From the NCBI RefSeq assembly GCF_001949145.1, contig NW_019091360.1, forward strand, positions 3,346,864 through 3,410,863: DNA of 64,000 bases, in the 5' to 3' direction. This document shows positions 1-12,625 of this stretch, piece after piece; the first letter of the stretch is position 1; each line of letters begins with the position of its first letter. Below the pieces are notes generated by a model, which ran no database searches, was not told the origin of the DNA, and saw only the letters and a list, made by a program, of their open reading frames with translations. The DNA comes from Acanthaster planci. Its lineage: Eukaryota. The position numbers were made by a program, and so were the translations under genes.

Positions 1-1113
1 TTAACGTGACACACTTTGACCATGACTGGTGATGTTTCTCTTGTTGATCATTCCTCAGGCAGCTCACTCGGGAACCATTTTGTTGAAAAACTTAAGTTCA
101 TTTAATTAAATACTGGTGCCATTACCTTCATTCATGCATTTGTGTCATTAAATTTAGTCCATTCGATAATGACGGCATCCAGAAATTGGACACCAATTCA
201 GCCTGGTGTTCCCTAACGACCTAGCTCCAGAAACAAAATCCCATGTTAACATTTGAGAATTCTAGGCCAAGCCGCCATCATAAGTTCTAGGTCAGTGATG
301 ATAGACCTCTTTGTCAGTTTAAAACGCTCTAACTTAGCCTATATGTACCTCCCTGAATCGCTTTTGTGCACTCTATTCCAGCTACTTCGAACGTCACAAG
401 AGTTTGTGCTCTTCGACAGAAAATTTCCGTAAACGGTGTTCAACCAACTTAACTTACATGTAGGCTTGGCCTTGCCTTGGCCTAACCACCGTACCAACTT
501 GACCGCGCACCGCACTTCAAATCCATATCAAATTACGTGCATCGTCTGCTTTTACTCTTCTGTACATACAAATCCTATTCTTTTCGCGATCACACTCCAC
601 CAATAGAGGGGGCTATGTCGACCAACAAGCGTGTGGATGCATCGATGCCACAGGCATATTAAAAAAGTTTTGTGGGGCGATTTGTGCATGGGTAGTATGC
701 GAGAAGTGTAACTTTTTCCGACTTTGTCGATAATGATTCTTGGCGAGGTCTAGTAGGAGAATGTCTTCCTTTCTCTGTGTTTCTTTCTTTCTTTATGGAA
801 TGGCATGCTTTAGAAATAGTATCGGCACCCTTAAAATTAATGATCATTTCAGAAAAAAATTGTCAATCCATGTGTTTTAATCCTCCATTATCTGCCTGAG
901 CTCAAGACTAAAGGCTGAATACTCTTCTATGGAGATGCCCTATCACCCCACTCCGTCAGCTTCTCAGTAAAAACAAAGACCCAACAACAAATCACCAAGG
1001 AACTGAACATTTAAGACAGCAAAATCCCCAGTTTTTGACAAATTTTGGTGTTGAAATACCTGCAGCGTGGGGTTTTTCCTGGGGTGAAAAAAAGGATTAT
1101 TATTATTTCTTTC

Positions 1114-1370
1114 TAGTAATAACACCAAGGATTCCTCAAAAGCGCCCTGGGCACTGTAGCTCGCAAGCCTGAAGAAACCCGTAGAGAGGAGACAGTGAAA
1201 AGCAGTTACAGTTTTAGAGGTGGGAGGAAAACCCCAAAGGAATATTCCGGGTAAAACCCACGGAGTCGGGTAAGGACTGAAAACCCAATCCACATGTGGA
1301 CCGGGCTGGGATTCGAACACGGGCCGCAGAGGTAGAAGGCGAGGAAAGAACCACTTCGCCAACCTAACTG
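1114..1370 (-). mobile_element. tRNA-derived SINE
   Basis: Minus strand has Pol III A box TGGCGAAGTGG (1361-1351) and B box GTTCGAATCCC (1318-1308), then a GGGTTTTACCCGG...GGTTTTCCTCCCAC central segment resembling SINE conserved domains and a short TTA-type tail. Boundaries approximate. Confidence 0.7.
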
Positions 1371-2864
1371 CAAAGGGAATAACGCATAAGACACTTTCAT
1401 GTACTTGCTATATGCTTGTACAGCGTCAATGCTTTGGCATGCGTAACACCGGCGACCTTTCTATGGAACAAAAACCAGGAATTTTGCCCATGAATGGAAT
1501 CAGACTTGCATATTTCCCATTAACCATTAGCGAGGCTAAATGATTCGGTCCACTGCACAAAATATTTCTAAATAGCATACTGCGTGTACATAGGGCGTGC
1601 AGGTTAAATGCATAATGGTGTTCATACATAAAGCAATAGTACTTGTAGCACACACTGACTGAGGCGATATGGGTGGAAATGTTTATTTTACAGTACATGG
1701 TTTTGTACCGCGTGCTCTCTCTTTGCATGACAGACACGGTTTTTGCCAACCAAATCACTGACGCGTTGGTACAGATCAAGGAATAACGCCCGACGTGTGA
1801 CCGCATAATTTCACTCACAGTGCAATTAAATGGTGGATGAACCCCTCCGTTTAAATTTAACGACGAAAAGGGGCATTTTCAGGCAAAATCTGTCATCAAG
1901 GGTGAACTTTCAAGGAGTAACATACAAAAGACAAGAAGAAGAAGAGTAAATCCCTTATGGTTTCTCTCTTTGAGTGGTTTCCACTCTTTTTAAAGTGGTT
2001 TTCACTCTCTTAGAGTGTTTTTACAAGTGAGTTTTCCTCTCTAAAGAGTAGGCAACACGAGAAGGGTCTATAAAATATTTTAATCCGCTCGAGGGAGAGC
2101 ATGGGTAGAACGGCATATTTCCAAGACTGAAGTAGAATTGGACGACGATGTACACGTAGCATGAAAATCACCCAGTAAAAGTTCGACTGAAAGTGAGAAC
2201 CGTAATGAAATTGCGATCCACATTGGAGTGAAACATTCCTCTCAAATTCGTCTGGTGTCCAGTTTCACTCAACTGGAGTAAATTTTCCCTCTTTGGAATT
2301 TAGAGAGTAAATTATAGGGCTAGTGGTATGGTAGGTGTTAGCAGTTATGGTGAAAAACTGAAAAAGACTGTCGTTCTAAACTAATCTTAATCAACATTTT
2401 CCCTATTTCCCTGTAAGAATAGACACAAATATATATTTGCCAAAACACTCAGCCCTGCTCATAGTTGATTGCGGTCACGTGCCATTTTACAGATACAATA
2501 TCTGTTATAATCGATAGACTTGTAATACGCAAACATTTAACACTATTGCATGCATTTAAACCAGCTTAAGGCCTTTTCATTGCGAAAAGGGAAAAAATCC
2601 CTAGAGATGAGTTAAGTTAAAACGAATCGCCACTCGAGCGCTGTATGGCTTTTGCAGTGATTCGTCGTGTATTTTCAAATGTTCAGTTTATTGAATATTA
2701 TACACATAATGAATATTTATAAGTGCAATGGTAACATAATTTCATGAGTCAGAACATTTCGTCTGTTACCAAATGCAATCATTATTACCACTGCACGAAT
2801 TTGAAGCATTCGTTATTTGTTTTATACCTGCAGAAATCCTCTTCTGTTATGGGAGAACAACTAC

Positions 2865-2984
2865 GGCTGCATCCGAATCTGTTGTCTAGAGCTAGGTCTA
2901 GGTCTTCACTCCATTAAAAGTACGTGGAGGCGCACAGACAGTAGACCTAGCCGTAGCTCTGGAAGGCCCGTTTCGGACACGGCC
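2865..2984. mobile_element. Short non-autonomous DNA transposon (PIF/Harbinger-like MITE)
   Basis: Ends GGCTGCATCCGAA ... TTCGGACACGGCC (imperfect TIR), internal inverted pair GCTAGGTCTA/TAGACCTAGC, flanks TAC/TAG. Confidence 0.5.
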
Positions 2985-5003
2985 TAGGTCCGTCATTTTG
3001 CCAAACAGATTTGCGTCTGAAGCGCCCCCAACACTAGTACCATTTTATACTGGTTTCCGTGCCCGCATCATTATCCTCTTTATTACTGGGAATGGGATAT
3101 ATGAAAAGAGGGCGGAAACCAGTCTTACGAAATAAAGTTCCTATTCAACGGATACCGTTGAATAGAACGAATAATTCAATGATACGTGACATACGTTCCA
3201 CCGATCAGATTACATGGATTTATACAGGTATTGTCTAATCTAAAATAACAGGTGGGTCGAACTCCGTACAGAGATGTTGTTACTCGGTTTTGCGAGAAAG
3301 TAAGATACATGTACTTCAAGATAAACAAACTTTTGCCCATCTTTATAAAACAACTTTTGTAGCAGGGTGTTGGGTGTATTCCAAAACTGAAGACCTATAG
3401 CTATCCACAAAATTAATGCAATGCCTCCGAAATGATAGGCCACTATACAGTGTATAGTCACGTACAGTACATGTGTCCAACATTATTTGGACAATCATTA
3501 GTTTGCATTATGCATGTTCCTCATAAACCATCCCGTCAATGTTCCGTCAACCTGTTTGCGTATTCAATTACTGAACCATTCACTCTTTTCGGAAACTAAA
3601 CTTACGGAACTTGTTTAGTTACTTTCCAAAACTTGCCCATATCTCGACGTTTTGTTACCCTCTACGTTCGCCCGAATTGGGCAGGAAAGGTTTAGCAAAG
3701 CAAGGTTGAAAAAATCCAGTCTTATGACGGCCTTTATACGAGCTGACCCTGACAACTATTCTTTGTACGGATTTGAGACGGCTTTCAAGGATCGGTCATC
3801 CTGCGGACAAAAAAATAGCCGTTTGACCGGCAACTGAGCCAGGTCGAATTCGATTGTATTTTGCTTTAACAAAGCAGTTGGAATGTTTGTAAGTGTGAAC
3901 TGTGAATTGGGAAATGATCGGAAATTCCGCTTCTTAAGGTGTGTAATTAAATGATCCAAAATCTTCGGCGTGGGCCTATATTGTACGATTAGATCTACAG
4001 GAACTGGGTGAAAGCAATGAAACATTGCAAACCCGTTGTCTTCCTGTGGAGTTCGCGAATTCATGTTAATTTAAGGCACATTTATTCTAACAATAATTTA
4101 TTTATTACTAAAAATTTCAAACTTTCTAGGACAGGATTAAGATTGTGAAGAACGCTTCGAAGATAACAGCGTAGGGTTTTTGGGGGGGTTGCTTTTCAGC
4201 TTTGGAGAAGATAAAGCTGTATTGGTCAGATTATTTACAAATCAAGAAAAGGGAGGGATGGGTTTGTGACAATAAAGGGTGTGGCCCCGGCCCACAATTA
4301 ATGCGAGATCAAATTCGACTTAATCATAAAAAGACACTAAAATATTCAGGAAATGTTTAACAAAAATAGTTCCGACTCCCCCCAAAAGCTGGAGGCTTCG
4401 ATATTCTTTGAGTCGGTAACAGGCCAAGAGGTGGTGCGGATTTTATTTCCCATACATAATTATGAGACGATTTAGTTCTATTACATAAAAGTAATGACAT
4501 TCTTTTACAATGCTGACAAAGTACTTTTTGATATCGTTTGTATCATAAAGGTTCTCACAAACATTAGACCTAATCCTACAGACTGGACAAGGTGTGTTTA
4601 GCAAGTGGACTTTCAAGAAACACACAGGTAGAACACTCTTTGCAGAGGAGATCAAAATATTATGCATTAATTATGTCGATAATTATGTTACTTGCAAAAC
4701 ATTCATCTATAATTGTGTATTAATTTCCTTTTGAATTATAACCCAAAATGAAGGGCAGAATATCTCTGTTATGTTAAAACTTTCCTTCTACAAACTAAGA
4801 ATCTGTAAAATCTGACAGAGATGGTATACCTTTCATAGCGGTGCTTATTACGTAATCGTTGTCGACCTCTTTAACACTAATCCCCTAGGGTGTATGTAAA
4901 ATCATATTGAAATCAGAGGATTTGGGACTGTCAGGGATGCAACATATTAATCTCACAAGCCTGACGTAAAAGAGACAAACAAACGACGCTCTTAATATCT
5001 TAC

Positions 5004-5060
5004 CTTGAATTGAAATGTTGCGAGTGCCAGGCACAAACACACCAAGTTGCGATGCGCCAT
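5004..5060 (-). CDS. Candidate first coding exon (signal-peptide-like) of a gene running leftwards
   Basis: gtcATGG start, MAHRNLVCLCLALATFQFK, then strong donor AAG|gtaaga. No downstream exons identified in 1-5000. Confidence 0.4.
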
Positions 5061-7068
5061 GACGAAGCCTCTCAGGGGCCCAATGCTGGGCGCAGCAAGC
5101 CTCCCCCCAAAAAACCCAAGATTTTTCTCCAAATCACTGTTTCCAACTAATTAAAAACCATCTGAACTTTCCCACGATGAAGTATTGCCAAAATGAACTT
5201 ATAATTCTGTGAGGGAACGATCATGAGACAACTGCTCGGAATTGAGACGAAATCAGTCGGGAAAAGTTTGTCCTACTTGCTTGGTGGGTGAAAACGCCCA
5301 ATGAGGAAGCTCACAAAAAAATTTGTGACCGTGTTTTCCCCGGTGTACACGTTATTACCATAGGTGGGGCAAGTTTGGTTGGTACCACATTGCCTTTACA
5401 AAGTGAAAAAAATTATGGGCGCAGCCTTGAACGCGCATGATTGGTCCGCCTGGCTGACTGCCTTTCTTTTGCTTTTTTATCCCTCGAACAAAAGCTTCTT
5501 TCAAATTCTCGGGACAAAAACATTCTCCCTAAAAGGGCATGCACTATTTTTTATGGCAGACCAATTCTTATGTAAAGTATATACCTGTGATCTTTATAGG
5601 AGTGAGCGCCATTACTGATGCGAGCTGGTGACACAGCGAAAAATATACTAACGCAGCCACTACTACAAAGGTACTCGTTTTTGCCTTGCACAATGGGGGT
5701 ATGTGGCCATAAATTCAATGTACTTTGGAATGGAAACTTTGCGGATTCAACGAGAAACGTCGACAAAAAAGATAAAGAAACAAAACTACGACTAAAGTTC
5801 AGGCATAATATGACATGAGATATTTTATCCCAGTTTAAGTCTTCGGATTGTTGGTGGGTTGAAGATGTGGGCCTATAGGCCTATAAAAATATTCCATGAG
5901 ATGTCAACAAACTGAGGTGTCAGCATTGGTGCATGACCATTCACGACAAGACTGAAAAAGTCTAAAAATCCTTCACAGCCAGACGACGCCAATTTATAGC
6001 TCTACGGCGGTAAATATAGTCATTTTGTAAACGGGCTGCAACTCTCATGATGCAGCAGCATCAGCGGCAACGCACCAGCCTGATGCTTAAACAGTGGGAC
6101 ATATTCTTCTGGAAATATTGTGTTTACAAAATATGACTCACTGATGTGCGAGATCGAAATGGGAAAAAAAAAGCCGAGGCTCGTCATTTCATTATGAAAA
6201 CGAACTTCGCGGAAAGGGAACGCCCTTTCGTGAGCTGCTGCCGCGGAACTGTGACAAAAAATCAAGGTGAATGGGCTGACATTGCCTACTCGTATAGCTC
6301 AACGACTGAACTTTTGAGGGACATTCGTTTGGTAACATGTTAAAATTTCAACATGTCACCTTCAGCTAGTGCTCATTTTGATTAATTAATGTCATGACAA
6401 TGAACATCGTTTTTATGCTGAAAATAGAGTCGCTTACTGAATAACTTTATTCCTGTGGTATCTCCATTTGACTGTATTTCACGGGAGAACCTAAAAATTT
6501 GGGATTGATGGCAAATACAACCACCCAACCTTCGCCGCCTTGAAATTCTCTGACGAAATTAAGTTTTTGTCCACTGATTACTTTTTAGTTTTTAAAAGAA
6601 AAGGGACAGAATTTGCCTGCCTGTGAACTTTTATTTCTGCGTACAACCTTTAATTGAGGGTGCCATATCTGTTTGCATTTTTCTCCTTCAAAATGGTGAG
6701 GTGCTTCGCAATGATCATCCGTGGAAGACACTCTTCCAAAAGTTATTAGATAACCCAACCAAACTTGACAAGAAACTGGACGCTTTCTCCAAGTCATCAG
6801 AGAGTTGCATTTTTCTCTTTCTGATATGCCAGGTATTAATTATATGCAGTTTATGCAAAACGGGCACAGTTTCTACATAGCGCCCTCTATTGACGGGGAA
6901 TAATGGGGGTTTTACATTGAATGAACAGGCCTGATGATATACGTTTCCCTGTTATTTCGGATTTTTTTGGTCCGTAAATTTTGAGCAATTTGGGTAAGGA
7001 ATTGGTGATACTACCACAGAAGAACACTGGACTACGGTACAATAACTCTACATGCGCATTTCTTTCAG

Positions 7069-7212
7069 CATTTAAAGCAAGCACAACACATCAAGGTAGG
7101 CCTGAGTTTTGTACTTTTAATGCATTGTCACGGCCAAAGGCCACAGCGAATGTTAGCGTATTGCAAACCAGATCATCATTCTGTAGGACCATGGAGGAAG
7201 GAAAAGGCCTAG
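7069..7212 (+). other. Probable 5' UTR exon of ZF-A, decayed homolog of ZF-C coding exon 1
   Basis: Acceptor tttctttcag|, donor ag|gtagat. Nucleotide similarity to ZF-C exon 1 (caacacatcaRggtag...gtact...ccacag...gaggMagRaaaag). AGC stands where ZF-C has ATG. Confidence 0.45.
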
Positions 7213-7601
7213 GTAGATGATTTCGCATACACCTACAAGTTTTATATATTTACCGACTGGCTTGTGTGTAGAGAATTTTCTGAAAATTATTATGCAGATT
7301 CCTGATAACTTTAAAATAATAGCATCAGGCAGAAGCCAGATTTTTATTTTGAAAACTACAAAAGTGCGACGATAAATTTCCTGGTTTGAATAAGGGACAT
7401 GGTTGGTCAAAGTTGGGCCTCCAACAGCAAATGCAACAGAGTGCATATTCGTGTAGTCACAGCCTTTTTCTTTTGTCCATTGTTTCTTTTACCATCCAGA
7501 CAGTGGTCATGGTTATTGAAACTACATGTTCTACAAAATGCTGACTGCAGTTCAGAAGTGAGACCTTGCCAGTCAGAATAGCACCAGTGAAAGTTGTAAA
7601 T

Positions 7602-9125
7602 ATGGAAATGGATACGGCCACAGCAATGAGCATTGCCACGCCTGTGACTGTCACAACAGATGGTCTGACGGGAGCCAGTGATGGACACGTGCTAGTTTTC
7701 CCGGATGATTACACAAACAGTAATATTATTTCCACACCAAACGGAATTACAATGACTGGTCCCCATGACATGCTGGCAACCATCGGATTACCAGCACTGA
7801 GCCAGGCAGACGTGACGCAGGGAACCAGCATGTTCTCAGGCACCACTGAGCCAAGCAGTGACTATGGCCAGAAGTCGACTGTTTCCGTTGGAGTCCAAGT
7901 CAACTTGTGTTGCTGTGCACACCATGGGTGTAATCTGGTTAACAGGAATTCAGCTCCCGAAGTTGATGAAACTCATGCTCTAAACAGCAATGGTCCTTTT
8001 CAAGTAAATCCTGAGCAGCAGTCGTCAAAGGACCGTGAGGTAGATGAAAGAAAACCAGTTCAAGAAAAAGACTTGCTCGCTGCGTCGTCCCCAAAATCGA
8101 ACATCAAGCACAGTTACAAAGACATCAAGAGGAAGGAGAAGAAACATCGGAAGGCAGACAAGGCCTCTGCTTGCAGGAAACCTAAACAGCAAAAGGTTTT
8201 AACCAGGAGAAGCACCAAATCGACACTAGAGCGGCGTTACCTGTGTGAAGGCTGCGGTATCAAGTTCGTCCACAAGGCCACCTACGATCGCCACTTACAA
8301 GAGCTCCGTGGCAAAGCATCGGAGAATAAGTGCTCCCACTGCAAAGCTACGTTCCCCTTTTTGTGCAAGTTGAAGCAGCACATCGCTGCCAAGCACCCGG
8401 ATGTGACGTCTTCGCCGGCCCGCGAGCGTCCCGTTATCTGCCACATCTGCGGCATCCAGTTACAGACTAGCATCAGCATGAACAAGCACATGCGCATCCA
8501 TGACGGAGACAAGCCATTCCTCTGCAAATATTGTCCCAAGGCCTTCCGATGGCATACAGGCTTGGAATACCATGAGCGCATCCACACAGGCGAGCGCCCG
8601 TTCAAGTGTCCCAATTGCCCCAAGGCGTTCACCAATCCCTCCGATATGGCCCGGCACCAGACTGTCCACACAGGCAAGAAGCCTCACCTGTGCCACCAGT
8701 GTGGCAAGGGTTTCACTCAGAGTGGTACACTCAACGCTCACATCAAGAGCAAACACTCTCAGCTGACTAACTCACTTAACCCCAGCCCAGCGACAACCCT
8801 GTGTGCTATCAACACAGCATGTGCTGACCCTATTTCAATATCTACAAGTCTTAAACAGCCTGACGTGCATGTACACGTGTGTCACCTGTGTGGGAAGCAT
8901 TTCCCCCAGGACCACATGCTGGATGCGCACATCCGCAAATCACATCAACAACCTCATCCTAACATGACACTAGAGGGCGGTTTGCGCTGCAGCACCTTGG
9001 AAGACATGAAGCTTCAGCTGGCATCGTGCAGTGCATTGACCCAGAATCAGGTGTTTAACATGGCATCGTGCGTGCCAACGGAGCGGGAAATCGCAGAAGT
9101 TGTAGTCAACATGTTAGCACAGTGA
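7602..9125 (+). CDS. C2H2 zinc-finger protein ZF-A (6 clustered fingers, first degenerate, plus 1 isolated finger; about 507 aa)
   Basis: Uninterrupted ORF with CxxC...HxxxH repeats and TGERP/TGKKP linkers. Exon starts at strong acceptor 7500; first in-frame ATG after the TGA at 7542 is 7602. Paralog of ZF-C. Confidence 0.9.
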   Translation: MEMDTATAMSIATPVTVTTDGLTGASDGHVLVFPDDYTNSNIISTPNGITMTGPHDMLATIGLPALSQADVTQGTSMFSGTTEPSSDYGQKSTVSVGVQVNLCCCAHHGCNLVNRNSAPEVDETHALNSNGPFQVNPEQQSSKDREVDERKPVQEKDLLAASSPKSNIKHSYKDIKRKEKKHRKADKASACRKPKQQKVLTRRSTKSTLERRYLCEGCGIKFVHKATYDRHLQELRGKASENKCSHCKATFPFLCKLKQHIAAKHPDVTSSPARERPVICHICGIQLQTSISMNKHMRIHDGDKPFLCKYCPKAFRWHTGLEYHERIHTGERPFKCPNCPKAFTNPSDMARHQTVHTGKKPHLCHQCGKGFTQSGTLNAHIKSKHSQLTNSLNPSPATTLCAINTACADPISISTSLKQPDVHVHVCHLCGKHFPQDHMLDAHIRKSHQQPHPNMTLEGGLRCSTLEDMKLQLASCSALTQNQVFNMASCVPTEREIAEVVVNMLAQ

Positions 9126-10175
9126 AAGTCAAACTAAGACTCCATTGAAGTTTGAATTTGGGACAGTTACTTGTACTCTTGATGTCAAAGTTTTGAGAAG
9201 CTCTGATAGAGAATAAGATATTTTGGGAGAATTCGTGGAAATACAGATGTTCAACGCCAACAAATAATTCTGATATTCTGTGTGAAGGAATAGTCTTTGG
9301 TTTGATATTTGATTCATGTGACTGCTGGTTGCTCTATGTGTGCATGCTTCGATTTTTTTTTCTGACTGATCACCCTGACGTATTAAATTACCTCGATATT
9401 ACAAGAATGTATAACACTGAATGTTATTAATTTATAAAAATGCTCCTATTAAGCATTGAAGGATGCAACATGCATGTGACCTGTTGAGAGATTGTACAAA
9501 CAACAGAGACAAATCAAATCAAGTTACACTACCAACAAATCTGATTGTGAGCTGCTTAAAACTCATGGTTCTTTAGGAAGTAGTTAGTCGGTGGATTATA
9601 TGTGGTAGGCTGACAAGCTAACGATAGCTGAGTGTGAAGAAACTGAAATTTGAAAGTGTTTGAGACACGAGTACAAAACATCAATAATTTTAGTGTATGA
9701 AGTTGCATCCGTGGGATAGATTTCCTAGACCTGCTTCGAAAAAGATTTGCTTGGTAAAGTTCAAGGTTGAAAACCAGCTGACAACATTGGCATTAAAGAC
9801 GACATGCAGAGCTACACATTTTTGTTCAAATATAAAAATATCTTCATATTAGCCGCTGCCTGAAACTTCCTGGAGCAGGATGTTAAACAGACCTTAGATT
9901 TATATAATATTGCATGGATTTGACCTTGAATTTACTTGGCTGTTTGAATCTGCCGTTGTAGTATGGCACCGACTGCTGTGAAAGCAAATGCATTGGGGGA
10001 GTGGCCAGTGGGATGTAAAAGGGGGCGTATTTTTGTAATAACCCTATATACTACATGTATTAGGTCAGCCAGCTCTGTTTACAACATTCTTTCTTGTCAT
10101 TCCATATGTCACCAATTATCAGGTACAAACAGTGTGGAGAACAATATTTTTATCTCTCTTGATGGCCCATATCAT

Positions 10176-10370
10176 CAGTGATGTAACTAGAGCTATTGCA
10201 TGTATATGGCCAGGGGGTGCACAAGTTTTTTACAAGGGGACACCAAAAGACAACAAGTTGCAGCAAAGGTTGTTCATGGATTTCCAATGGGGGGTGGGGG
10301 TCACCCAGGGAGGGGGCACAGACATTTGCTTGGGGCATGTCCCCCCATTCCCCCTGTAGTTAGGCCACTT
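10176..10370. mobile_element. hAT-like MITE downstream of the ZF-A stop (probable 3' UTR)
   Basis: Ends CAGTGATGTAACTA ... TAGTTAGGCCACTT, G/C-run-rich interior, degenerate 8-bp TSD CATATCAT/CATGTAAT (6/8). Confidence 0.6.
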
Positions 10371-10703
10371 CATGTAATCGTCAACTGTGTCCAAGTCTCA
10401 TACTGTGTATTGAGTTAGTAATAGAGAATGTATTAGTGGTTATAATTTGGAGTTAATTTTTTTTGGGGGGGGGTGGAGGTCTTGATACACAATTAACATC
10501 ATGACAAATATTAAAACATTTGTAATTTCAGTGGAGTCTGCAGAGCTGTGATATATTTACTTGTGTGCAGTGTTAAAATCAGTACAAAGCATGATATTTT
10601 TATTATTTCATATTCAGAATGCTGTTGAATCAGTGTACATTTTGCTAAAAGTTGAGCCACTTTTAAAATAATAGAGCACCTGTGTTAATTGTATTTTACA
10701 AGG

Positions 10704-10709
10704 AATAAA
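10704..10709 (+). terminator. Candidate polyadenylation signal of ZF-A
   Basis: AATAAA at the end of an AT-rich stretch about 1.6 kb after the ZF-A stop. Confidence 0.35.
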
Positions 10710-12625
10710 TAATAATGTAAAACAAAAAATTTAGTCTGACATTCAATTTTGATAACTGAGTAAAACATTTCTCCCACCTCTGTATGTTATAACTTATCAG
10801 TCTCGAGTTTAAACTGTAACTCAAACTTCGCTGGGAAAATCCAAAACAAAGGGTAAGCTTGTGGCAAGTCTATGGTTTAAACCCCGACCTGTTCACTGGT
10901 ATTCGGGTAGTTTTTCGTGCGGTGACGTGTATAATTCAGGAAAGCTTGGGCTGCGAAGGTTACCAGTTATTCATGTCTGGTTTACGTGTGCAAGGCAAAA
11001 CATGGGAATCTCAGGATAGGCGTGACGGATTTTTGCTGGCAGAAAAATCGCAAAATTCCAGCTCACAGCGGTCTTTGCAGGCGTCATGCAGTTTTCTTGA
11101 TCATGTAGCTTACATTTACCCACGTCTTCTTGGTTGGTAAGTTTGCCATACGGGAAGATCGTCGATGTAGAACGAAAAGGGGGCGAGTGATCCTTCGCAG
11201 TATCCTTGAAGGCTTGAGCATGTTCAACTTCAAGTTGAGTCTTGAGATCTACGCTAACGTCTTTAAGACGCGCAGGATTTATCTGCGAAACTGTGGCATG
11301 CCCATTCATTTCCAGAAAGCAAATGATAGACATGATTTAAGGATCTCTGACCAAAATTTAAATTCCGAGGTTTATTTTTAAGATCACTTGAAAATGATGA
11401 ACGCCTAGTAATCTCTCTCACTCATCATTTCTGGAATTACGATCTGATAGTGCTACATTGTAACTCGACTAATCAACATCATGTTTAGTTAGGCCTCAGG
11501 CAAGGTCCTGTTCACTTGCCATCTGCACCCCTGCACTTGTCAAAGATTCATTTGTTACCTTTGTAAGGTTTTCAAGATGTTTTAATATATACGTTGGGTA
11601 AGGGCAAACCCCATTACATAAATTTGTAAGGTTTGTCGTCAAATTTTATTGCCAGAAGAAGCAAACAAAATATTCAGATTCTAGTACTGGTTTGAAATTT
11701 CCCTTAATTTTTTTTTATTTATTTAATTTTTTAAGGGTTGCCTCCATATTGTGGGCCATATTTTAGAGCCTATGCAAAAGCGTTGACCTGGGGAGAGTGA
11801 ACGGCATCACGTTAGTTGCTTTGGCAATTTGTACTTCCAGAACTGTATTTATACAAACCGTACAGATAGCAATGTACATGTACATACATACATTTAAATA
11901 GTCATATCTGAGATGGTGCTTCTTTGGTTTGTATGAAATGTCTATGGTGTTACGCCAATTTTTCCCCAATAATTTAATGAGGTCTCCCGGGATACAATTT
12001 TGTATGGGATGGGGGGTTAATTTACACTATACCATTTAAAGTGGTGAAATTTAGGAGAATTTTCCTTACTCACACCCATGTCCAGGACTGCCTGCCAAGC
12101 TAACCCGGTCGTTTCAGTTGAAAGGTCATAGTTGTCAGCCGTGTGGCAGCTTCAACGATTACAACATGGCTCCCATTTCTTTCTATTCAGTTTCCTTTCA
12201 CTCTTGAATGAAAGAAAAATGTCTATTGGTTGAATGGTGTGCTGGTGACATTCACTAATTACAGTTGGTCTCTTATTTCATATGTCACATGGACGGGCTG
12301 TTTCATTAGACAACACATTACACGTACTGGAAACAGTCATCAGAGTAGTGGAAATGCGTTCACTAGGAAAGGGTGTGCACTGGCCTCAACATGACCAAAA
12401 ATATGGGATGGAGGGATCCCCTCACCTTTGTGTTAGTCACTGTTTGATCGGAATCTCAGGAATTCTTTACAGATATCTAGGGAGGAAGTTGGGTAGCAAT
12501 AATCTAGAGTGTGTATAGGGATTAGACATGATTCTAAGGGGGTTGTATAAACCTTACAGTTCTGGAAGTAGGCAGTTTGCCCATCTTTCATTTTGACTCC
12601 ACAGTTTGTCAGGATCAGTGTCGTC

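Noticed and set aside
1940..2310. Clustered TTTCACTCT/AGAGT short repeats
   Set aside because: Probably subterminal repeats of a degraded DNA transposon, but no ends or TSD could be defined.
7020..7110. Frame reading TITLHAHFFQHLKQAQ resembling ZF-C exon 2
   Set aside because: Overlaps the better-supported nucleotide-level match to ZF-C exon 1, has no start codon, and is probably chance.
7542..7544. In-frame TGA next to Cys upstream of the ZF-A ORF as possible selenocysteine or readthrough
   Set aside because: Similarity to ZF-C in this stretch lies in a different frame, so a frameshift explains it. No SECIS-like hairpin recognised downstream.
8282..8756. Antisense and alternative-frame ORFs over the zinc-finger exons (also 14755-16937 and 31451-32694)
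   Set aside because: Shadow ORFs expected from codon bias of the real coding strand; no domain signal.
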